Shown here one piece after another: positions 1 to 12,355 of a DNA stretch of 64,000 bases. Under the pieces are notes generated by a model. The model did not search any database. It was not told where the DNA came from and saw only the letters and a list, made by a program, of their open reading frames with translations. The stretch is from Blasia pusilla (Eukaryota): positions 14,198,001 through 14,262,000 of the forward strand of contig CM114271.1 of NCBI GenBank assembly GCA_050084515.1, written 5' to 3'. Numbering within the stretch: the first letter of the stretch is position 1; each line of letters begins with the position of its first letter. Made by a program: the position numbers and the translations under genes.

Positions 1-2165
1 CGGTTTGGAGCGACGAATCCATGAAGCTTGCAGATCCAGAACCGGTCCGGTCAACAATTGGGGGTATCACTCCGGATCATCCTTCTCCATACATTCATCG
101 CCTTCGCTCTCGATCCGTGACCCATACCGTACCACGTTAGGATCTTCCCAAATGTCGGACCACATAATTTGCACTTTGAAAGTAGGAAGGTCACATATTC
201 AACTTCGGACCCTTGTGAGATGTGATCATTTGAAAAGCGGTAAGCTCTAATGTGAATATCCTTCAACGTGAACATGTATTATTATCAGAGATTCTCTGGA
301 ACAAAATTAGAAAAAAATTGAATTTATATGCATCATATCGCATACTATACACTAAAAAAATTCTTCAAAACACTTTTTATTTCTTTAAACAAGTTGGGGT
401 CACTTAAGGGTAATGATGAGAGATTACTCATCATTAGCCGGTAAGGAAAGATGAACGTTCGAGCCGGTGTTTTGTGCTTCCAGAATTGACAACAGGGAGC
501 ACAAACAAAAACCCTTCCATACATTTCAGTCCTCCTGTCATTGCCATCCATCCATAAGTTCATGGCACGGCGGTGAAACGTTGACACTCCGCTCTCGAGG
601 CACGAGTCTTTCAGTTACTTGACGGACTGCAGACTGTAGAGATCGTTTTGTCCTCCCTCGATTATTATTAAAAAATGCATGAGGGTTCGACTTTTAGTTT
701 CTTATTTTGATTATGGTTAGGAAAGCAGAGGAGAGCACCATGAGAGGAAATTGTTTAGAGGGTTTGAAAGGAAGGGACTACTTTTTTAAGAAATTCAAAG
801 TAAGGTAGGTTTGGGATTTTTTTCTCCTAAATAAGAAAAAATTGTAATGAGGAGAAATTATTTTTCTTCCTAAATGAAAAGATGGATTGAAGGAATTTTC
901 AAATAGCAAAAGGACCTGAAATTGAGATTTTTAAACGAGGGATCTCCGAAAGGAAAATTATAAAAATTATAAAAATTATTAATAAAACCCACTTTGGCTT
1001 TTCTTAATGGAAAAAATTACTATAATGAACTAATGCAACATGATGGGCATTCTATGTGGTTAGGGGATCCAACTGGCCATGGTTATCCGACTAGTGTCAC
1101 AATTCTCCTTTCTCGAATTCGGTGCCTCAATAATTTTCCTTTCACGAATGATGGACAGAGTGCTAAGTTGCTAACATGGACGGAGAATAGAAAAAAATGA
1201 GGATGGATGAAATGGAGGGGACGAACTTGCACAAAGCGGATTGAGAGGAAAAATGGCCAATAATATGGAGAGAGAAAATTTTGAAAACCCTAAGTTCAAC
1301 GTTGCAACTCAGAACTAATTCATGTAGAGATACGTAAAGATCAGGACAGAAAGTTCCATAGCGCAACAGTTATTGAGAAGACTTAGTCCGAAGAAGTCGA
1401 TCAAGGAACCAATTAATCACTGCGCGGTTTATGAACCCTCGAACATGGCAAGCACCACAACAAGAGAAAATCAATCAAGGGATCAAGTAATTTCGTCCGC
1501 TGGAAATCACACGGTGTCTTGGCAAACACCGATCAGAAAGGGATTTTGATCCATCAATGGTTTTTTGTGAGAAAAACTGGACATTACTAGCAAACAATGC
1601 TACCGTAGCCGTCAAATGCAAGCTCATGACACGCGACGATGCTAAAAGAACTGCGAATGCAGTTCACATGTTGTGAAATTTCCACGGGTCGCATAAGTTT
1701 TACGGCTGAAGAGAGTCCTCCCTCGACGCACAAAGTAGTCGAATGAATCCATATGAGCTCACGGGCCCCTGCCTGAGGACCACCTTGTCCAAACATTTTG
1801 AATCCTTCATCCTACAATCGTCTTCGCAGATTTCCTACCCCTGTCTGTATACAACGTTTTACAACGTGCATCGTTTCACTTTCCCCCAGCTTAGAGCCCT
1901 TGATCTCCACGCAAAGTCCTTTGATTGCCTCTACTAGACATTGGAAATCGAGGTAGGAGGTAGGATATCTGTCTAGAGTACGCTGCACGGGAAGCTTGCA
2001 ATGTGAACTTGAAAATGAAATTAGGTATATTAAGCATATCACATATGCTGGATTCAACTAATTTAAAAGCTTTGTAGTCTCGACTTGTCTTATCAATATA
2101 GAGAAACCTATCTTCCATCTCGATTGGACTTGCCCTTGATTGTTCATAGGAACATTGTGAACCAA

Positions 2166-3520
2166 TCACATTTGTATCTGCTTGTCTTTCACTAAGACGC
2201 TCAACCTTAGTGGCATTTGTCTTAGGTCTGTCTCATACGCATTCCAAAGTGTGTTCCCCAAGACTCCTTCTATCTCGTCCATCTCGCACAAGGTGAAGTT
2301 CTCCTTCAACTCGAATATTCCACATCCAAATATTAATCCCAAAACTAAATTTGAGATTTGATGTGATTTGTCTCCAACAAAGCCCACATAAATGGGCTTG
2401 TCCGCCCGGGTGATTGTCAAACCCTACTCCTTCTCTATTCTCGAGCTCAAGAAGGAGTGCAAAGTACATGTATCAATTAGAAACATCACATGGTGATTAG
2501 CGATCTTGGATCTTAGGTACATAAAATTGGATGTCCTCTTGGTGATTTGAAGGGAATTCTCTAGATCTTCCGCCAACAAATACTTAGCAGCAAGCACAAT
2601 CATACTCCAATCACTAATAGTAAGCTTAATGCACCCCTTGGCCATGTGCACGGGCTCACCACACTTGTAGAAAGTCATCTTGGCGTTCCCTGACTTTAGA
2701 TACAGAGCCCCTTTTGGCTTCGTATTAGATTCATCTCATTTTTCTAATATCAGGGTGAGAGACTCTCCGTTGTCTCGTTCACCCCCACTCCATGCCCTTT
2801 TGGATGCCCCCTTGTTTTTCTGTACCTTTGGAAACTTTTCTATTCAAAGGGTCATTGGACTTGGACCTCATCGTCTCGAATCCACTCCCCGAGTTTCAAG
2901 AGTCCTATGCACATCTTCGCTAACTGTGGAATTTGAAAGAGATCCTTTTCAACACTAAAGAAGATAATCTTCTCAGCATACTCGTCCATTTTGGGTAGTG
3001 AGTTCAGTTTTGCACTAAACTCACGCACATACGCGCTTAGGGATCCTATTTGCCTTAGACACACAAACTCCACCCTGTCTCGAAATGCTTGGTTCTTTGG
3101 AGTGAATCAATCTCCAATCAACACCTTGAACTCCTCCCAACTCAAAGATGACACATTGGCTGAATTTTCCTCTCGATGAGTCGTCCATCATTGGAGCGCA
3201 TGATCCTTTAGAAACATGACTGCTACATTAACTTTATCCTTCTCTTCAACCCTTTGCGCCTTGAAGTAGAGCTCCAACTCAATAAGGAACTCCTTTACCT
3301 TGCGACATCTCCCCATTCCGATGACTGGTGTGGGAAAAGTTTTCTTACAAAGCTTCTTACTGGAAATAGAAGCTTTATCCAACTCTAACTAGAAGAGAAT
3401 AAAAGTCGCAAGGAGAATTAGGCTTGCAATTACGAATTAGGCTTGTAATATAGCCTAGGGCCTCTTAAGTTGAGATAAAGATTAGGCCTAATTCAAGCAA
3501 TCTTTGGATCGGATACTATG
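2166..3520 (-). mobile_element. Decayed conventional Ty3/gypsy LTR retrotransposon fragment (gag, zinc knuckle, protease) with degenerate tRNA-iMet PBS
   Basis: ORF fragments VKEFLIELELYFKAQRV...AVMFLKDHALQ and LRQIGSLSAYVREFS (retrotransposon Gag), YKCGEPVHMAKGC (degenerate CCHC knuckle), MFLIDTCTLHSF (protease site). Minus strand 3518-3506 reads TAGTATCCGATCC (10/13 match to TGGTATCAGAGCC) directly after a CA end. Confidence 0.75.
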
Positions 3521-3801
3521 ATCTCACTCCCCAAAAATTTGATGCCGACTGCAGGAGTGCTGGGACGACGCGATGACGAAAATGAAATTGCGAAACAAAA
3601 TTTGAACGATTGTTTCTACGTGAAACCTTCCAACATCCTCGCCTTGCGTGGTCAGTGACTCTATGGTATAGAGGGCGGGGGCCATCAAGGAAAAATCTTC
3701 ATATACTTTGAGTGACGTGAATGAGTTCAGGTCTGTCTGACAACAGTATATACCCTCATCTTTCGATCCGTTCAAACTTGCAACTTTCAGAATGTGCCCC
3801 C

Positions 3802-4286
3802 TGTCACATCTGAGTAGCCAATAGGTCGAGATCTATCGTGGATAGGGCGTAGGAGCCAGCTGACTATCTTGAGTGTAACTTTGTCCCACGGTGTCGGATG
3901 AGGTTGAAGATAGGTCCATTGTGTCAGGAACATCGTTTCTGACAACTTTCATGTTGAGGTCTTTTACAGCCGGGTGACTAGTTGACCAGGTCACCCGCCC
4001 CTAGTAACCTGTGCGCGCAGGTTACCAAGGGGAGGACTATTTTTAGGGGAAGAGCCTTTTGGCTCTTCCCAACCCTATATAAGAGAGGAAGATGGCTTTC
4101 CTAAGCCATCTTTCTCATGTTGGGCCGTTGGAGCACCTCCCTTGTATGTGTGTGAGCTAGGACTAGGGTGCTAGCGTCCGGATTTCTTGATAGCACAAGG
4201 TGGACTGAGGAGGCCGATGTAGATTGAGGAGTGGAGTTTTAGGCCGGGTGTGCCGTTTTTACTACTCTTTATCTTTACATGAGAAA
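3802..4286 (+). repeat. 5' terminal repeat A (alpha type) of E1
   Basis: Highly similar to 59529-60000 (+) and ~56355-56845 (-). Contains CCCTATATAAG (TATA-like) at ~4073-4083. Similarity with the other copies stops after TTTACATGAGAAA. Confidence 0.85.
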
Positions 4287-5107
4287 CAGCGAGCGACGGA
4301 CGGCGGGCGGCGACGGCGCGCCTCCCTCCCCCCCCCCCCTCCAACGTGGTAGGACGGAGCATGGTCGATGGGTGTGCACTTGTAGCGAACGTGGTAGGAC
4401 GGACGAGGTCGGTCTGGAAAACGCCGTGGCGCATGGGGAACGTGATGGCAGGGAGGATGTCGACATGGTGAGTGAACGACATAATTGGACAGCGGGCGTG
4501 ACATGATGTTTTGGGGAGTGACAGGGCGTTGCGAGAGTTGACAATGAAGGGGCAGTGTGCATGATGCCGACGGGTTATCCGCATCTGTTGACGGGAGGAT
4601 CGACGTGTTGGTCGAGGAGAGTGTTGTGTTGCGGAAATTGTCATATCATGTGGAGGAGTGCATGTTGACGGTGCAGCAGGTTGGAGGGCGTGATCAAGTT
4701 ATCCATTCGAGTCTCTTTTCCCGCACTTGTCGTGTGTGATTGAGAGTGCTAGGTATCGGGTAGTAGCTGGTGCTAGGTGGGTGCAGTGATGGTGACGAGT
4801 GTAGATTATTTTCATGTGTAGCATGTTGGTGGATATACGGCGGTTGCCGAGTAGGGGTCGCGTGTATGACCCGAGAGAGTGTCGCTAGGTTAGATGAGTC
4901 AGTTGGGAGGCTCATGGTGAGCCCGAGTGTTGAGCGTGCGTGAGGCCGGGTATGTCATCACGGGATTGATGTTAGCATAGGTGAGCTAGTGAGGCGTGTG
5001 GGAGACTCTCGGTGAGTCTGAGTGCTTGAGCGGGTGAGACAGGGTTTGTCATCACGGCGTTCTTCCAGGGTTCGGAAGAATGGGGTAGTGCGAGTAGTAG
5101 TAGTGGT

Positions 5108-6538
5108 GTGACACGGAGTGGAGTGAGATACCGAGGGGCTACTAGTGAGGAGCTACCTTGCCATCCATGCGTGGCTGGATCGTCATTACTGGACATTGGG
5201 TCTGGTAACGAGATCACAGACAGAGACAGTAGTACTTGGCAGGAGATGGACGACATGGGCCATCGGGGCATGCGTCGTTTCTCGGGTGCAGTGGGCACCA
5301 TCGACTTAGATGATTTTACCCAGGAGTTCGACACATGGTGCGACTTCCAAGAGATACGGACCCCGACACGGTTCAACCCTTTCATGGCATGGAAGGGGTT
5401 GTTCTAGCACTTGGAGGGTCCTCCGATGGATGACTACATGGAGTTTCAATCACTATATTCAGTAGAGATCGATGCGTGGAGGATGTATTGGGCTCCAGGG
5501 TATGTGTCCACTTGTATTCGCGAGGCATATGATGGGATTGTGAGAGGAGAGAGACCCACACCATCAGCCCGGAGACTAGATGGAGAGGAGGGCAGTGAGA
5601 CAAGCGATGTGGCAAAGACCTCTGGTGGTAGAGGGACACCCAGCTTCAGCCCCACAGTGGAGTTCTTCCGACAGTTGGGGAAGAGTTACCAGGGCGTACG
5701 CATCGACAAGTTGAAGAGTCTACAGGATTTTCAGCGACGATCGGGTGAGAGTCTGAGAGAGGCATTCACACGCATGAGGAGGCTCATTATTGCTACATTT
5801 GGAGTGACTGAGGTGCAGTCAGTCCAGTATTGGTACGGGGTTATGGACCGAGAACTATGGAGAGTCCGAGATGCGGTGATAATTCATTCAGCGAAGCCCA
5901 CATTGAAGGTGGTCTTTGAGTTGTCTGAGCGTATTGAGCTCAACATGAGTGAGGAGCAGGTAGTGACCGCTGGATTTTCTCGAGAGTCGACGAGTCCACG
6001 AGCGACGGTGACCCCACAGGTGCCACAGCAAGCACCAATACCACGGGAGCGGGCCAATGTGCCTAGAGAGCAGGGCGGGTACCATGAGCCTATGAGGCAA
6101 CGACCCGCACCTACATATGTTGTCCAGCAGGGACCGATGTGGTCTTGTTGGACGTGTGGAGGGGCCCATAGGCAGAGAGAGTGCCTACAGCATGGGAGAG
6201 GACCACGGCGCCCGATTGCTCAGAGCCACGAGAGGATGGTCCCACCACACACCAGTGTGACCATTGCCCACGGATATGGTCACACTAGGGATAGATGTTT
6301 TGACCTTCGCCGAGGGGCACGTCCAGAGGTAGGCCGAGGGCCTGGGGGCGGTCGTCCTAGAGGAGGTAGGGGAGTTCTTCCTGGACGTGGTGGTAGAGGA
6401 CCACCACCAGCCAGAGGAGATGGAGCAAGAGCACCAGAGCCGACACTTCTCTCACGCATCGATCACTTGGAGCAGAGGATTGCTGCCATGACGATGATGC
6501 ATCTTAGGGAAGGCACGGAGCTGCGGCGGCTAGTGTGA
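5108..6538 (+). pseudogene. E1 Gag (two zinc knuckles, RGG-rich tail)
   Basis: LKSLQDFQRRSGESLREAFTRM (Gag homology region), CWTCGGAHRQREC, frameshifted CDHCxxYGHTRDRC, and GGRPRGGRG repeats. Internal TAG at 5405-5407. Confidence 0.85.
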
Positions 6539-7129
6539 CTCGGCTTCTACCTCTTACCCGACCGGGTGAGGATCTCTTGATATGGGATTTATGTGTAGTG
6601 CAGCCCAGGTTGAGGCAGCTGCAGTGGTGACTCGGGGTGCTGCGAGAGGCACCAAGCCATCGAGAGGTGGAGTTGAGATTGACCCACAAGAGGGGACCGA
6701 TGGGCGGCAGGCCAGGGTTCCACAGTCGTTCACATTGTCAAAGGCACTACACACACCATCGATGGTGCCTCGACGACCAGCGGTGCCTACAGTTTAGGCA
6801 CCTACGTCGACGTCACGAGGAGTTGGAGTGACAACTCCTATGCCGGCTTGAGTGGAGTCACTGTCGACCATAGTGTTGGAGGTGGCCACCAGAGTGAGTC
6901 AGACTCCGCTATTTTCCGCCATAGAGTTGGCGACGTTGGGAGTTGGACCAGCTGAGGTGTTCCGGTTGGCCGCCACGTTGTGTGAGCGTGGAGAGATGAC
7001 TGCTTCTTGTTCAGAGGTAGTTGAGGAGGTGGTGGACTTGCCCTCAGAGCCGGGGCTTGGGACGTTCCCCACAGAGTCATGGCATGCGGAGGCGGCGAAG
7101 TTGGTAGATATGCCAGCTCGACCGGCCAT

Positions 7130-7560
7130 AGAACAAGCAGTGGTGACACCTGGAGTAGTGTTACTGGATAACCGAGGTGGAGTATTTCGCTTGGTTAGTC
7201 CGACGGGGAAAGTATACCACCCGCAGCGCGTCCTAATTGATTCGGGAGCGCAACCCTTGATGTTAGGGAAGGCGGCGTGTTTAGCGTTGGGGTTACGGAA
7301 GGCCGACATTGAGCCTTGTCCTTCCGATCTGAGACCTCGATTCGGGCGTATCACCCACTCAGTATATGACTCGACAGGAGATTGTTGTGAGAGTCCAGCC
7401 AGAGCATGCGACGGATAGTGCTATGGTGCGCACACGTGCGATTACGACACCAGCTGAGTCGTACGATGTGTTGGTGGGGAGTAGAGTGTTATATCCCCTA
7501 GGATTCATCCTTGACTTTTGGGAGGAGACCGTTTCTTATCGGCCAGGATGGCGGTCAGGT
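7130..7560 (+). pseudogene. E1 retropepsin-like aspartic protease
   Basis: RVLIDSGAQPLMLG (catalytic DSG) and downstream YDVLVG...LYPLGF; frameshift near 7330-7370. Confidence 0.85.
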
Positions 7561-7909
7561 GACGGCTGGATGAGTCAGTTACCCGTGCAGTTTGCGGGAC
7601 GAGGTGGTCGATCACGAGGCGAGTCTGTGACCACGTTGGCAGCTTTCATAGGTAGTGTTAGCTGGCCAAGAGAGTTGTTGGAGGGGAACGCACATGCGGA
7701 GGATGTCCCAGTAGCGGATAGTCCCATGGAGAGAGAGGCCATGGCGGGTGACTCTTCCCATGTTGGCGAGGCCTCTTCACCATTGTGGGGTACGGCTCAA
7801 GAGCTACAGAGGAGTGCCGACGACCTCGTGAGGCACGCGTGGAGTCATGTTTTTATCCCACAGCCGCGAGTCACGTGGCAATCGGGCTCTTGGAGTGGAG
7901 ACGATGACC

Positions 7910-8900
7910 CCACAAGATACCACACCTGTTGTGTGGCAGTGCCCAGAGGAGGGTGTTAGGGTGTTAGATCTCTTCGGAGGGATTAGCACCGGATTGGCTG
8001 CACTATTGCAGGCGGGCATACGGGTGCATCAAGTACCTTTATGTGAGAGAGATGAGACGCTGGCGAGTATCATTCTGAAAGACGTGGCGAGATTGGTCTA
8101 GAGGTATCCTGAGTTGTTGTTGGTATCTGCAGTACGAGGATACCAGCATACGCTACCCGCCGACATCTCTTTGGTGGGGGCGCAGGATCTGGATAGAGTT
8201 GGCACCATTCATTTGGTGATTTTTGGATGGCCATGTTAGGGTCATTCATCAGCTGGCCGAGGATTTGGATTGCAGGATCCGAGGTCATGGATGTTTTGGG
8301 AGATGCGGCGAATATTACGACACTTGCAAGAGAGTCAGATATGTACTCCAGCGTACATTTTGGAGAACGTGTTGTTGTTGGGAGACACTCGTGCACGTGT
8401 GATGACGAGTGTACATTAGGTGAGGTCCTGGTTGGGACCTGTTGTGTTGTTAGATGCAGCGAGAGTTGGGTCACGTGCCCATCGTCCACGACTGTGGTGG
8501 ACGAACCTGATACCATAAGAGGTACTGAGTCGAGCATACAGTGGAGTCCAGAGAGCACCATATCTCACAGTGGATGCTATTTTGGGCTCAGGCGTCGATC
8601 TCAGGTGGTGACACGGGATGATAGACCACCGTTGGCCATGGCCAATAGGGTGGGGTAGTTGAGGGAAGCCTTACCTACGTTGGTGAGCTTCCCAGCATCC
8701 CATGCCTTTCGTTAGGGAGGGCCAGGCATGATTTGGGATGAGGTGACCAGAGCATTGGAGGAGCCTACAGCAGATGAGTGCGAGCGTGCCATGGGGTTCA
8801 CTACCGGTACTACGGCGATGCCAGGGATGACTGAGGCATCACGGAGGCAGTGTGGGGCGGCGATGGACCTCAACTATCTCACATGGATAGTCAGCCTAGG
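7910..8900 (+). pseudogene. E1 C5-cytosine DNA methyltransferase domain (DNMT3-like)
   Basis: Motif I VLDLFGGISTG (7961-7993); motif II YLYVERD; motif IV HLVIFGWPC*G (PC at 8231-8236); motif VI YILENV (ENV 8363-8371); motif VIII AHRPRLWWTNL; motif IX ECERAMGF; motif X RRQ(x)GAAMDL. Confidence 0.9.
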
Positions 8901-9201
8901 TATGGTTGAGCAGAGACGGATGCGAGTGTCATCCATGCCGTCACGTCCACGAGTTGGACCATTGCCTATAGGGTCTGTACAGGCATTGGCAGGGGGCGAG
9001 ACGAGGAGAGATAGACACCCATGGACTTCTTGGGACGTCGTTCGAGCAGAGAGTGCGAAGGCGGCTAGAGTAGCACATGTTCATTTTTCGGATGTGGAGC
9101 ATGGTGTAGGAGGTTAGAGTGGAGTGGCTGTTGCGGAGGTGGCTAGGGTTGCTACATAGCAACCAAAGCCGGAGGTTGCGTCCTCTCCGAGTGAGGTCAC
9201 G

Positions 9202-10640
9202 ATGGAGACTTGGGAGCCTGTGATAGGTCTCAAGTTGATAGGAGGAGAGCGACGGCGAGTTCAAAGGTTTCTGAGAGGGCATGTCAGTTGTTTTGCCTTC
9301 AGTATGAGAGACTTGGGTACGCTGAAGGGTCCCGGGATACGGATTGAGTTGGCTAGTGATACGCCGATCTTTCGTCGACCCTGCAGGTATTCTGATATGG
9401 AGCGAGCCTTGATTGAGCAGAGTCGGAGGACTTGTTGGAGGCAGGACTTGTGGAGTTATCACAAGGGGAGTATGCATGTGCCACAGTCATGCCGGCGAAG
9501 AAGGATATGTATGGCAATTGGACGGATAGGCGGATGTGTGGAGATTACCGTCCTATCAACCGACAAACGAGGCCAGATCGGTACACCATGCCTACTCTTG
9601 AGGAGATCTTTGATGCGGTAGGGCATGCAAAGATCTTCAGTACTTTAGATCTCCGTGTTGGCTATCATCAGCTTCCTATCAGGTTGGAGGACAAGGAGAA
9701 GACAGCATTCTGGGGGATAGATCGGTTCGGGAGAGATTGCTTGTATCAGTGGCGGTTGTTACCATTTGGGTTGAAGAACGCGCCTGCAGAGTTTCAAAGA
9801 GTGATGGATAGGATTCTGGCTGGCTTGGATTTTGTACGATGTTACATAGATGATATTCTTATCTTCAATTCCACGGTTGAGGAGCATGAGTGACACTTGG
9901 AGGAGGTGTTTCGGCGATTGCGATTACATGGGTGAAGTTACATCCGGAAAGTGCAGATTCTTTCAGGAGCAGATTGAGTACTTGGGACACACCATATACC
10001 CGAGTGGGTTAGGCGTTCAGCAGACAAAGGTAGAGGCTATTGCGTAGATTCCATGCCCTACACATGTGAGTCGAGTCCGAGCATTTCTTGGAGTGGCGAA
10101 CTTCTATCGACGGTATGTCAAGGGTTTTAGTGCGATCGCAAAGTCTTTGACCTTGTTGACGAGACTTGATCAGGTTTGGTTGTGGGGAGATGATCAGGAG
10201 CGAGCATTTCAAGAGCTCAAGGACAGGTTGACGTCCTCACCCATTTTACAGAGACTGGTTAGGGGTTGCCCATTCCAATTACATACGGATTGGAGTATGT
10301 TGGGTCTAGGAGCAGTGCTTACTCAGAGGGATGACAAGGAGAGGGAGTTTGTTGTGGCTTACGCGAGCCAATCAAACAACATTGCAGAGGCGATGTACAG
10401 CTCCTATAAGGGAGAGTGCTTGGCTGCAGTGTGGGCCGTGGCACATTTCAAGTGCTATTTATTCGACAACCCTTTCACAGTTATCATTGATCATCAGCCG
10501 TTGAGGTGGTTGATGGAGTCCGACAAGCTTACAGGCAAGCTTGCCAGGTGGGCTCTATTACTACAGGAGTATGAGTTTGAGGTGGTTCATAGGCCAGGTC
10601 GGCTGAACCAGATAGCGGATGGGTTGAGTCGTAACCCATG
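9202..10640 (+). pseudogene. E1 reverse transcriptase and RNase H
   Basis: RMCGDYRPIN, IFSTLDLRVGYHQL, LPFGLKNAPAEFQRVMD, CYIDDILIF (gypsy-type RT); FQLHTDWSMLGLGAVL, ECLAAVWAV, IIDHQPL, ADGLSR (RNase H). Confidence 0.95.
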
Positions 10641-11029
10641 TCCGAGTCAGAGAGACGACATAGGAGCTCGATGGCACGGAGAGAGTGATGAGGAGATGGT
10701 GCCCAGTTGGCATGCATCTGCCTATCTTTGTGGGTTGACTATGGCAGGTCAGCCACAAGTGATGACTCCAGTGGTGGGATTGGATGATGAGTCTTTGGAT
10801 CCGGAGGTTAGTGAGGAGGCGATAGGTGGTCGTGATATCCATGACGACGTGGAGGTTGTGGAGTTCTTGCGCACTGGCGTCATTGGGAGTACAGTGAGTG
10901 CTAGGGAGCGGGATCGGATCCTACTGAGAGCCAAGAGGTTCAGGTGGGAGGGGACTCACATTTTGCGGGTATGGGGAGATGGTAGAATACGAGTGGTACC
11001 TCATCCTTCCTAGTGAGCACGTGTAGTGC

Positions 11030-12278
11030 GACATGCCCATGAGGAGTTGGGACATTTCGGAGTAAAGCGTACTTACAGCTTACTCTAGGTTCAATATTGG
11101 TGGCGCGGCATGCATCTTTGGGTACAAAGCGGTTTGTGGCGGATGTATGGTATGTGACAGAGTGCGAGCATCCTTCAATGCTTCCACTCCCTTGATTACA
11201 TCCTTTGCCGATTATGGGTTTAGGTTATCGGTGGAGTTTAGACTTTGCGGGACCTTTGCCATTGATAGGGCGTCATCATAGGTACGTGTTGGTCATGGTG
11301 GAGCATTTCTCCAAGTGGATAGAGTTGGTGGCACTACCAGATAAGGCGAGCGAGGGAACAGCTTATGCATTTCTAGATCGTGTGCTTAGTCACTTCGGTG
11401 CACCGGTAGAGGTGTTGACTGACCAGGGTACCGAGTTCATGGGAGAGTTTTAGGCCTTGTGTGATCATGCGCTGATAGATCACCGCACCACGTCCAAAGA
11501 TCATCCTGAAGCGTATGGGTTGGCGGAGAGAGTGGTACAGACGGTGAAGAGAGGATTGCGCAAGTATGGCTTGCAGCGGGGACAGTTGAGGGATTGGGAC
11601 CTACAGTTGCCATGGTTGGCTATGGGTCATCGCTTTAGTCGGCAGGCATCCTTGGCGTCATTTTCACCATAATTTTTGCTCTTTGGGAGAGAGCCAGATT
11701 TACCTGCAGCAATTTGACGTGACATGGCGAAGGTGTTAGATCTTGATGATCCAGATGTGTGGGTACAAGCATGTTCTCAGAGGGCAGAAGTTTTTCGTAG
11801 AGTTATGCCTATGGCCTTTGAGAACTTAGCTATTGCCCAGCATAGAGATACATTGAGGTACGCGACCATTCGTGGAGGAGGTTATCGTCCAGGGATTAGG
11901 AGGTTTCATCCTAGAGATTACGTGTATTTACCGCAGGCGGCACCCACGACGCTAGATGTCACTGCAGGGCGCACGATCCTACGTGTGCGCGAGGTATTAC
12001 CGACCGGAGTCCTCATGTTGGAGGGACGGGATGGTATGGTTTGGAAGGATCATGTGCGTAATTGTGCGCCATGTCATATTCCGAACGTAGATGGGACGGT
12101 GGATCCGAGCTTGGCACTGGTACCTGCAGGCTTGAGGTGTATGTTGTGCGGATCTACGAGGGGTGCAGCCACCATGTTGGTATGTGATGGTTGTTCTCGA
12201 GGGTGGTATATGTCATATCTGACCCCCCCTCTTGATGTGGTTCCCACGGGACGATGGATGTGTCCGAGATGTGTATAG
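11030..12278 (+). pseudogene. E1 DDE integrase with C-terminal PHD finger
   Basis: HEELGHFG...CxxC zinc-binding domain; LDFAGPL / LTDQGTEF / GLAER catalytic D-D-E; terminal CMLC...[11 protein letters not shown](H)MS(C)LTPPLDVVPTGRWMCPRC matches the C4HC3 PHD pattern (~12138-12275). Confidence 0.92.
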
Positions 12279-12355
12279 GGTAGTAGGTCATGTCAGAGAG
12301 ATGTGATATTTTCTATCTGGAGTTGGGGGGATCCAACTGCCAACTAAGGGGGCGG

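Noticed and set aside
650-1560. AT/purine-rich tracts here and at 13400-13930
   Set aside because: Probably decayed repeats, but I could not define termini, a TSD or coding remnants.
3796-3801. 6-bp TSD GCCCCC/GCCCTC for E1
   Set aside because: Imperfect and low-complexity, inconsistent with the 4-bp TSD of E3, and the two flanks are not clearly continuous.
7910-8900. MTase as a bacterial contaminant or a stand-alone host DRM/DNMT3 gene
   Set aside because: It is intronless, on the pol strand, at the same position upstream of RT in five copies, and decays together with the element.
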